Positions 54,165-64,000 of a stretch of DNA of 64,000 bases are shown here, piece after piece. Position 1 is the first letter of the stretch, and every line of letters starts with the position of its first letter. The position numbers and the translations under genes are program-made. The notes under the pieces were generated by a model. The model did not search any database. It was not told where the DNA came from and saw only the letters and a program-made list of their open reading frames with translations. This stretch comes from Eledone cirrhosa (lineage: Eukaryota). The DNA is taken from contig OZ024758.1 in assembly GCA_964016885.1 (NCBI GenBank), positions 37,262,001 to 37,326,000 of the forward strand. Direction: 5' to 3'.

Positions 54165-56265
54165 GTTCATGGTATTAGCTGTCAGAAGTAACTCCACTGT
54201 TGGTGAGAATTCATTTAAGTTCATGGTATTAGCTGTCAGAAGTAACTCCACTGTTGGTGAGAATTCATTTAAGTCATGGTATTAGCTGTCAGAAGTAACT
54301 CCAATGTTGGTGAGAATTTATTTAAGTTCATGGTATTAGCTGTCAGAAGTCACTCCACTGTTGGTGAGAATTCATTTAAGTTCATGGTACTAGCTGTCAG
54401 AAGTAACCCCAATGTTGGTGAGAATTCATTTAAGTTCATGGTATTAGCTGTCAGAAGTCACTCCAATGTTGGTGAGAATTCATTTAAGTTCATGGTATTA
54501 GCTGTTAGATGGAACTCCAATGTTGGTGAGAATTCATTTAAGTCATGGTACTACTGTCAGAAGTAACTCCACTGTTGGTGAGAATTCATTTAAGTTCATG
54601 GTATTAGCTGTCAGAAGGAACGCCACTGTTGGTGAGAATTCATTTAAGTTCATGGTATTAGCTGTCAGAAGTAACTCCACTGTTGGTGAGAATTCATTTA
54701 AGTTCATGGTACTAGCTGTCAGAAGTAACTCCAATGTTGGTGAGAATTCATTTAAGTTCATGGTATTAGCTGTCAGAAGGAACTCCACTGTTGCTGAGAA
54801 TTCATTTAAGTTCATGGTATTAGCTGTCAGAAGTAACTCCACTGTTGGTGAGAATTCATTTAAGTTCATGGTATTAGCTGTCAGAAGTAACTCCACTGTT
54901 GGTGAGAATTCATTTAAGTCATGGTATTAGCTGTCAGAAGTAACTCCATTGTTGGTGAGAATTCATTTAAGTCATGGTACTAGCTGTCAGAAGTAACTCC
55001 AATGTTGGTGAGAATTCATTTAAGTCATGGTACTAGCTGTCAGAAGTAACTCCAATGTTGGTGAGAATTCATTTAAGTTCATGGTATTAGCTGTCAGAAG
55101 GAACTCCACTGTTGGTGAGAATTCATTTAAGTTCATGGTATTAGCTGTCAGAAGTAACTCCACTGTTGGTGAGAATTCATTTAAGTTCATGGTATTAGCT
55201 GTCAGAAGTAACTCCACTGTTGGTGAGAATTCATTTAAGTTCATGGTATTAGCTGTCAGAAGTAACTCCACTGTTGGTGAGAATTCATTTAAGTCATGGT
55301 ATTAGCTGTCAGAAGTAACTCCAATGTTGGTGAGAATTTATTTAAGTTCATGGTATTAGCTGTCAGAAGTCACTCCACTGTTGGTGAGAATTCATTTAAG
55401 TTCATGGTACTAGCTGTCAGAAGTAACCCCAATGTTGGTGAGAATTCATTTAAGTTCATGGTATTAGCTGTCAGAAGTCACTCCAATGTTGGTGAGAATT
55501 CATTTAAGTTCATGGTATTAGCTGTTAGATGGAACTCCAATGTTGGTGAGAATTCATTTAAGTCATGGTACTACTGTCAGAAGTAACTCCACTGTTGGTG
55601 AGAATTCATTTAAGTTCATGGTATCAGCTGTCAGAAGGAACGCCACTGTTGGTGAGAATTCATTTAAGTTCATGGTATTAGCTGTCAGAAGTAACTCCAC
55701 TGTTGGTGAGAATTCATTTAAGTTCATGGTACTAGCTGTCAGAAGTAACTCCAATGTTGGTGAGAATTCATTTAAGTTCATGGTATTAGCTGTCAGAAGG
55801 AACTCCACTGTTGCTGAGAATTCATTTAAGTTCATGGTATTAGCTGTCAGAAGTAACTCCACTGTTGGTGAGAATTCATTTAAGTTCATGGTATTAGCTG
55901 TCAGAAGTAACTCCACTGTTGGTGAGAATTCATTTAAGTCATGGTATTAGCTGTCAGAAGTAACTCCATTGTTGGTGAGAATTCATTTAAGTCATGGTAC
56001 TAGCTGTCAGAAGTAACTCCAATGTTGGTGAGAATTCATTTAAGTCATGGTACTAGCTGTCAGAAGTAACTCCAATGTTGGTGAGAATTCATTTAAGTTC
56101 ATGGTATTAGCTGTCAGAAGGAACTCCACTGTTGGTGAGAATTCATTTAAGTTCATGGTATTAGCTGTCAGAAGTAACTCCACTGTTGGTGAGAATTCAT
56201 TTAAGTTCATGGTATTAGCTGTCAGAAGTAACTCCACTGTTGGTGAGAATTCATTTAAGTTCATG
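54165..56265. repeat. 1,020-bp tandem duplication (19 monomers)
   Basis: ORF starts 54276/55296 and 55027/56047 are 1020 apart. The private 2-bp deletion ggtactactgtc occurs only at ~54550 and ~55570. Confidence 0.88.
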
Positions 56266-59200
56266 GTACTAGCTGTCAGAAGTAACTCCAATGTTGGTGA
56301 GAATTCATTTAAGTTCATGGTATTAGCTGTCAGAAGTAACTCCACTGTTGGTGAGAATTCATTTAAGTCATGGTATTTATTAGCTGTCAGAAGTAACACC
56401 AATGTTGGTGAGAATTCATTTAAGTTCATGGTATTAGCTGTCAGAAGTAACTCCACTGTTGGTGAGAATTCATTTAAGTTCATGGTATTAGCTGTCAGAA
56501 GTAACTCCACTGTTGGTGAGAATTCATTTAAGTTCATGGTACTAGCTGTCAGAAGTAACTCCACTGTTGTTGAGAATTCATTTAAGTTCATGGTATTAGT
56601 TTGTCAGAAGTAACTCCACTGTTGGTGAGAATTCATTTAAGTCATGGTATTAGTTGTCAGAAGTAACTCCAATGTTGGTGAGAATTCATTTAAGTTCAGG
56701 GTACTAGCTGTCAGAAGTAACTCCACTGTTGGTGAGAATTCATTTAAGTCATGGTATTAGCTGTCAGAAGTAACTCCAATGTTGGTGAGAATTCATTTAA
56801 GTTCATGGTATTAGCTGTCAGAAGTCACTCCACTGTTGGTGAGAATTCATTTAAGTTCATGGTACTAGCTGTCAGAAGTAACCCAATGTTGGTGAGAATT
56901 CATTTAAGTTCATGGTATTAGCTGTCAGAAGTCACTCCAATGTTGGTGAGAATTCATTTAAGTTCATGGTATTAGCTGTCAGAAGTAACTCCACTGTTGG
57001 TGAGAATTCATTTAAGTTCATGGTATTAGCTGTCAGAAGTAACTCCACTGTTGGTGAGAATTCATTTAAGTTCATGGTATTAGCTGTCAGAAGTAACTCC
57101 ACTGTTGGTGAGAATTCATTTAAGTTCATGGTATTAGCTGTCAGAAGGAACTCCAATGTTGGTGAGAATTCATTTAAGTCATGGTACTAGCTGTCAGAAG
57201 TAACTCCACTGTTGGTGAGAATTCATTTAAGTTCATGGTATTAGCTGACAGAAGGAACGCCACTGTTGGTGAGAATTCATTTAAGTTCATGGTATTAGCT
57301 GTCAGAAGTAACTCCACTGTTGGTGAGAATTCATTTAAGTTCATGGTACTAGCTGTCAGAAGTAACTCCAATGTTGGTGAGAATTCATTTAAGTTCATGG
57401 TATTAGCTGTCAGAAGGAACTCCACTGTTGCTGAGAATGCATTTAAGTTCATGGTATTAGCTGTCAGAAGTAACTCCACTGTTGGTGAGAATTCATTTAA
57501 GTTCATGGTACTAGCTGTCAGAAGTAACTCCACTGTTGGTGAGAATTCATTTAAGTTCATGGTATTAGCTGTCAGAAGTCACTCCAATGTTGGTGAGAAT
57601 TCATTTAAGTTCATGGTATTAGCTGTCAGAAGTCACTCCACTGTTGGTGAGAATTCATTTAAGTTCATGGTACTAGCTGTCAGAAGTAACCCCAATGTTG
57701 GTGAGAATTCATTTAAGTTCATGGTATTAGCTGTCAGAAGTCACTCCAATGTTGGTGAGAATTCATTTAAGTTCATGGTATTAGCTGTCAGAAGTAACTC
57801 CACTGTTGGTGAGAATTCATTTAAGTTCATGGTATTAGCTGTCAGAAGTAACTCCACTGTTGGTGAGAATTCATTTAAGTTCATGGTATTAGCTGTCAGA
57901 AGGAACTCCACTGTTGGTGAGAATTCATTTAAGTTCATGGTACTAGCTGTCAGAAGTAACTCCACTGTTGGTGAGAATTCATTTAAGTTCATGGTATTAG
58001 TTTGTCAGAAGTAACTCCACTGTTGGTGAGAATTCATTTAAGTCATGGTACTAGCTGTCAGAAGTAACTCCACTGTTGGTGAGAATTCATTTAAGTTCAT
58101 GGTATTAGCTGTCAGAAGTAACTCCACTGTTGGTGAGAATTCATTTAAGTTCATGGTATTAGCTGTCAGAAGTAACTCCACTGTTGGTGAGAATTCATTT
58201 AAGTTCATGGTATTAGCTGTTAGATGGAACTCCAATGTTGGTGAGAATTCATTTAAGTCATGGTACTAGCTGTCAGAAGTAACTCCACTGTTGGTGAGAA
58301 TTCATTTAAGTTCATGGTATTAGCTGTCAGAAGGAACGCCACTGTTGGTGAGAATTCATTTAAGTTAATGGTATTAGCTGTCAGAAGTAACTCCACTGTT
58401 GGTGAGAATTCATTTAAGTTCATGGTACTAGGTGTCAGAAGTAACTCCAATGTTGGTGAGAATTCATTTAAGTTCATGGTATTAGCTGTCAGAAGTAACT
58501 CCAATGTTGGTGAGAATTCATTTAAGTTCATGGTATTAGCTGTCAGAAGTAACTCCACTGTTGGTGAGAATTCATTTAAGTTCATGGTATTAGCTGTCAG
58601 AAGTAACTCCACTGTTGGTGAGAATTCATTTAAGTCATGGTATTAGCTGTCAGAAGTAACTCCAATGTTGGTGAGAATTTATTTAAGTTCATGGTATTAG
58701 CTGTCAGAAGTCACTCCACTGTTGGTGAGAATTCATTTAAGTTCATGGTACTAGCTGTCAGAAGTAACCCCAATGTTGGTGAGAATTCATTTAAGTTCAT
58801 GGTATTAGCTGTCAGAAGTCACTCCAATGTTGGTGAGAATTCATTTAAGTTCATGGTATTAGCTGTCAGAAGTAACTCCATTGTTGGTGAGAATTCATTT
58901 AAGTCATGGTACTAGCTGTCAGAAGTAACTCCAATGTTTGTGAGAATTCATTTAAGTCATGGTACTAGCTGTCAGAAGTAACTCCAATGTTGGTGAGAAT
59001 TCATTTAAGTTCATGGTATTAGCTGTCAGAAGGAACTCCACTGTTGGTGAGAATTCATTTAAGTTCATGGTATTAGCTGTCAGAAGTAACTCCACTGTTG
59101 GTGAGAATTCATTTAAGTTCATGGTATTAGCTGTCAGAAGTAACTCCACTGTTGGTGAGAATTCATTTAAGTTCATGGTACTAGCTGTCAGAAGTAACTC

Positions 59201-62200
59201 CAATGTTGGTGAGAATTCATTTAAGTTCATGGTATTAGCTGTTAGAAGTAACTCCACTGTTGGTGAGAATTCATTTAAGTCATGGTATTTATTAGCTGTC
59301 AGAAGTAACACCAATGTTGGTGAGAATTCATTTAAGTTCATGGTATTAGCTGTCAGAAGTAACTCCACTGTTGGTGAGAATTCATTTAAGTTCATGGTAT
59401 TAGCTGTCAGAAGTAACTCCACTGTTGGTGAGAATTCATTTAAGTTCATGGTACTAGCTGTCAGAAGTAACCCCAATGTTGGTGAGAATTCATTTAAGTT
59501 CATGGTATTAGCTGTCAGAAGTCACTCCAATGTTGGTGAGAATTCATTTAAGTTCATGGTATTAGCTGTCAGAAGTAACTCCATTGTTGGTGAGAATTCA
59601 TTTAAGTCATGGTACTAGCTGTCAGAAGTAACTCCAATGTTTGTGAGAATTCATTTAAGTCATGGTACTAGCTGTCAGAAGTAACTCCAATGTTGGTGAG
59701 AATTCATTTAAGTTCATGGTATTAGCTGTCAGAAGGAACTCCACTGTTGGTGAGAATTCATTTAAGTTCATGGTATTAGCTGTCAGAAGTAACTCCACTG
59801 TTGGTGAGAATTCATTTAAGTTCATGGTATTAGCTGTCAGAAGTAACTCCACTGTTGGTGAGAATTCATTTAAGTTCATGGTACTAGCTGTCAGAAGTAA
59901 CTCCAATGTTGGTGAGAATTCATTTAAGTTCATGGTATTAGCTGTTAGAAGTAACTCCACTGTTGGTGAGAATTCATTTAAGTCATGGTATTTATTAGCT
60001 GTCAGAAGTAACACCAATGTTGGTGAGAATTCATTTAAGTTCATGGTATTAGCTGTCAGAAGTAACTCCACTGTTGGTGAGAATTCATTTAAGTTCATGG
60101 TATTAGCTGTCAGAAGTAACTCCACTGTTGTTGAGAATTCATTTAAGTTCATGGTATTAGTTTGTCAGAAGTAACTCCACTGTTGGTGAGAATTCATTTA
60201 AGTCATGGTATTAGTTGTCAGAAGTAACTCCAATGTTGGTGAGAATTCATTTAAGTTCATGGTACTAGCTGTCAGAAGTAACTCCACTGTTGGTGAGAAT
60301 TCATTTAAGTCATGGTATTAGCTGTCAGAAGTAACTCCAATGTTGGTGAGAATTCATTTAAGTTCATGGTATTAGCTGTCAGAAGTCACTCCACTGTTGG
60401 TGAGAATTCATTTAAGTTCATGGTACTAGCTGTCAGAAGTAACCCAATGTTGGTGAGAATTCATTTAAGTTCATGGTATTAGCTGTCAGAAGTCACTCCA
60501 ATGTTGGTGAGAATTCATTTAAGTTCATGGTATTAGCTGTCAGAAGTAACTCCACTGTTGGTGAGAATTCATTTAAGTTCATGGTATTAGCTGTCAGAAG
60601 TAACTCCACTGTTGGTGAGAATTCATTTAAGTTCATGGTATTAGCTGTCAGAAGTAACTCCACTGTTGGTGAGAATTCATTTAAGTTCATGGTATTAGCT
60701 GTCAGAAGGAACTCCAATGTTGGTGAGAATTCATTTAAGTCATGGTATTAGCTGACAGAAGGAACGCCACTGTTGGTGAGAATTCATTTAAGTTCATGGT
60801 ATTAGCTGTCAGAAGTAACTCCACTGTTGGTGAGAATTCATTTAAGTTCATGGTACTAGCTGTCAGAAGTAACTCCAATGTTGGTGAGAATTCATTTAAG
60901 TTCATGGTATTAGCTGTCAGAAGGAACTCCACTGTTGCTGAGAATGCATTTAAGTTCATGGTATTAGCTGTCAGAAGTAACTCCACTGTTGGTGAGAATT
61001 CATTTAAGTTCATGGTACTAGCTGTCAGAAGTAACTCCACTGTTGGTGAGAATTCATTTAAGTTCATGGTATTAGCTGTCAGAAGTCACTCCAATGTTGG
61101 TGAGAATTCATTTAAGTTCATGGTATTAGCTGTCAGAAGTCACTCCACTGTTGGTGAGAATTCATTTAAGTTCATGGTACTAGCTGTCAGAAGTAACCCC
61201 AATGTTGGTGAGAATTCATTTAAGTTCATGGTATTAGCTGTCAGAAGTCACTCCAATGTTGGTGAGAATTCATTTAAGTTCATGGTATTAGCTGTCAGAA
61301 GTAACTCCACTGTTGGTGAGAATTCATTTAAGTTCATGGTATTAGCTGTCAGAAGTAACTCCACTGTTGGTGAGAATTCATTTAAGTTCATGGTATTAGC
61401 TGTCAGAAGGAACTCCACTGTTGGTGAGAATTCATTTAAGTTCATGGTACTAGCTGTCAGAAGTAACTCCACTGTTGGTGAGAATTCATTTAAGTTCATG
61501 GTATTAGTTTGTCAGAAGTAACTCCACTGTTGGTGAGAATTCATTTAAGTCATGGTACTAGCTGTCAGAAGTAACTCCACTGTTGGTGAGAATTCATTTA
61601 AGTTCATGGTATTAGCTGTCAGAAGTAACTCCACTGTTGGTGAGAATTCATTTAAGTTCATGGTATTAGCTGTCAGAAGTAACTCCACTGTTGGTGAGAA
61701 TTCATTTAAGTTCATGGTATTAGCTGTTAGATGGAACTCCAATGTTGGTGAGAATTCATTTAAGTCATGGTACTAGCTGTCAGAAGTAACTCCACTGTTG
61801 GTGAGAATTCATTTAAGTTCATGGTATTAGCTGTCAGAAGGAACGCCACTGTTGATGAGAATTCATTTAAGTTAATGGTATTAGCTGTCAGAAGTAACTC
61901 CACTGTTGGTGAGAATTCATTTAAGTTCATGGTACTAGGTGTCAGAAGTAACTCCAATGTTGGTGAGAATTCATTTAAGTTCATGGTATTAGCTGTCAGA
62001 AGTAACTCCAATGTTGGTGAGAATTCATTTAAGTTCATGGTATTAGCTGTCAGAAGTAACTCCACTGTTGGTGAGAATTCATTTAAGTTCATGGTATTAG
62101 CTGTCAGAAGTAACTCCACTGTTGGTGAGAATTCATTTAAGCCATGGTATTAGCTGTCAGAAGTAACTCCAATGTTGGTGAGAATTTATTTAAGTTCATG

Positions 62201-64000
62201 GTATTAGCTGTCAGAAGTCACTCCACTGTTGGTGAGAATTCATTTAAGTTCATGGTACTAGCTGTCAGAAGTAACCCCAATGTTGGTGAGAATTCATTTA
62301 AGTTCATGGTATTAGCTGTCAGAAGTCACTCCAATGTTGGTGAGAATTCATTTAAGTTCATGGTATTAGCTGTCAGAAGTAACTCCATTGTTGGTGAGAA
62401 TTCATTTAAGTCATGGTACTAGCTGTCAGAAGTAACTCCAATGTTTGTGAGAATTCATTTAAGTCATGGTACTAGCTGTCAGAAGTAACTCCAATGTTGG
62501 TGAGAATTCATTTAAGTTCATGGTATTAGCTGTCAGAAGGAACTCCACTGTTGGTGAGAATTCATTTAAGTTCATGGTATTAGCTGTCAGAAGTAACTCC
62601 ACTGTTGGTGAGAATTCATTTAAGTTCATGGTATTAGCTGTCAGAAGTAACTCCACTGTTGGTGAGAATTCATTTAAGTTCATGGTACTAGCTGTCAGAA
62701 GTAACTCCAATGTTGGTGAGAATTCATTTAAGTTCATGGTATTAGCTGTCAGAAGTAACTCCACTGTTGGTGAGAATTCATTTAAGTCATGGTATTTATT
62801 AGCTGTCAGAAGTAACACCAATGTTGGTGAGAATTCATTTAAGTTCATGGTATTAGCTGTCAGAAGTAACTCCACTGTTGGTGAGAATTCATTTAAGTTC
62901 ATGGTATTAGCTGTCAGAAGTAACTCCACTGTTGGTGAGAATTCATTTAAGTTCATGGTACTAGCTGTCAGAAGTAACTCCACTGTTGTTGAGAATTCAT
63001 TTAAGTTCATGGTATTAGTTTGTCAGAAGTAACTCCACTGTTGGTGAGAATTCATTTAAGTCATGGTATTAGTTGTCAGAAGTAACTCCAATGTTGGTGA
63101 GAATTCATTTAAGTTCATGGTACTAGCTGTCAGAAGTAACTCCACTGTTGGTGAGAATTCATTTAAGTCATGGTAGTAGCTGTCAGAAGTAACTCCAATG
63201 TTGGTGAGAATTCATTTAAGTTCATGGTATTAGCTGTCAGAAGTCACTCCACTGTTGGTGAGAATTCATTTAAGTTCATGGTACTAGCTGTCAGAAGTAA
63301 CCCAATGTTGGTGAGAATTCATTTAAGTTCATGGTATTAGCTGTCAGAAGTCACTCCAATGTTGGTGAGAATTCATTTAAGTTCATGGTATTAGCTGTCA
63401 GAAGTAACTCCACTGTTGGTGAGAATTCATTTAAGTTCATGGTATTAGCTGTCAGAAGTAACTCCACTGTTGGTGAGAATTCATTTAAGTTCATGGTATT
63501 AGCTGTCAGAAGTAACTCCACTGTTGGTGAGAATTCATTTAAGTTCATGGTATTAGCTGTCAGAAGGAACTCCAATGTTGGTGAGAATTCATTTAAGTCA
63601 TGGTATTAGCTGACAGAAGGAACGCCACTGTTGGTGAGAATTCATTTAAGTTCATGGTATTAGCTGTCAGAAGTAACTCCACTGTTGGTGAGAATTCATT
63701 TAAGTTCATGGTACTAGCTGTCAGAAGTAACTCCAATGTTGGTGAGAATTCATTTAAGTTCATGGTATTAGCTGTCAGAAGGAACTCCACTGTTGCTGAG
63801 AATGCATTTAAGTTCATGGTATTAGCTGTCAGAAGTAACTCCACTGTTGGTGAGAATTCATTTTAGTTCATGGTACTAGCTGTCAGAAGTAACTCCACTG
63901 TTGGTGAGAATTCATTTAAGTTCATGGTATTAGCTGTCAGAAGTCACTCCAATGTTGGTGAGAATTCATTTAAGTTCATGGTATTAGCTGTCAGAAGTCA
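56050..64000. repeat. ~2.8-2.9-kb higher-order unit in about 2.5 copies (offsets 3561/3507 including the 703-bp duplication, and 2804/2858)
   Basis: Matching ORF starts: 56912/60473/63331, 58045/61552, 58260/61767, 58637/62144, 58959/62466 and 60742/63600. The marker aatgtttgtg also occurs at ~62444. Confidence 0.8.
58725..60125. repeat. 703-bp tandem duplication (13 monomers)
   Basis: ORF starts 58959/59662 are 703 apart. The private marker gctgttagaagt occurs only at ~59241 and ~59944. aatgtttgtg occurs at ~58937 and ~59640. Confidence 0.85.

Larger units (their letters stand above)
1..64000. repeat. 54-bp EcoRI-type tandem satellite array (~1,190 monomers, one orientation, extends beyond both window edges)
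   Basis: Consensus GTGAGAATTCATTTAAGTTCATGGTATTAGCTGTCAGAAGTAACTCCACTGTTG repeats from base 1 to 64000 with no non-satellite interruption. Most monomers differ from consensus by 0-4 positions. Recurrent length variants: 53 bp (aagtcatgg; aacccaatg/aacgcaatg), 55 bp (ttagtttgtc) and 57 bp (aagtcatggtatttattagc). Confidence 0.99.

Noticed and set aside
20-63866. About 200 ORFs on both strands as repeat-protein genes
   Set aside because: They are translations of the 54-bp (18-codon) monomer. They overlap on opposite strands, are broken every few hundred bp by recurrent frameshift monomers, and have no unique domains or termini.
1-64000. CRISPR array or other repeat-spacer system
   Set aside because: There are no unique spacers. 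The variable part of each unit differs by only a few SNPs from a small recurrent set, and there is no leader or cas gene.
1-64000. Telomeric or interstitial telomeric array
   Set aside because: There are no tandem TTAGGG/TTTAGGG units, only isolated single motifs at 39164 and 49813.
1-64000. CENP-B box-containing satellite (alpha or mouse minor type)
   Set aside because: The CENP-B box needs TTCG....A..CGGG. The consensus has no CpG and no such motif, and the monomer length does not match.
1-64000. Embedded transposon, inversion or unique island hidden in the array
   Set aside because: Reading from start to end, every line is satellite in the same orientation. The largest deviations are a 4-bp insertion and a 2-bp deletion.
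1-64000. Tandem tRNA, 5S, snoRNA, SL-RNA or miRNA gene cluster
   Set aside because: The unit is too short and shows no cloverleaf, Pol III box, T-run terminator or long hairpin.
1-64000. Synthetic concatemer or rolling-circle/sequencing artefact (EcoRI site in every unit)
   Set aside because: Hierarchically inherited variants and nested duplications indicate natural evolution, although individual near-identical duplications could still be assembly errors.

Overview
The whole 64-kb window is one uninterrupted, single-orientation, head-to-tail satellite DNA array. The monomer is 54 bp with consensus GTGAGAATTCATTTAAGTTCATGGTATTAGCTGTCAGAAGTAACTCCACTGTTG (20/54 = 37% GC, no CpG, one EcoRI site per monomer), giving about 1,190 monomers. 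I found no genes, RNA genes, mobile elements, CRISPR spacers, inversions or unique sequence. Every ORF in the track is an artefact of an 18-codon monomer that is stop-free in one frame on each strand. The informative structure lies in the variants. A small alphabet of diagnostic monomers (53, 54, 55 and 57 bp) forms recurring ~7-monomer modules, which have been amplified by nested tandem duplications with periods from 703 to 15,477 bp. Private SNPs allow these events to be put in order. The array has a young, near-homogeneous core (~9.6-39 kb) with more mutated flanks, resembling layered expansion of eukaryotic (peri)centromeric or other heterochromatic satellites. I cannot assign the organism or satellite family from the sequence alone. 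All offsets were read by eye from the sequence and ORF track.
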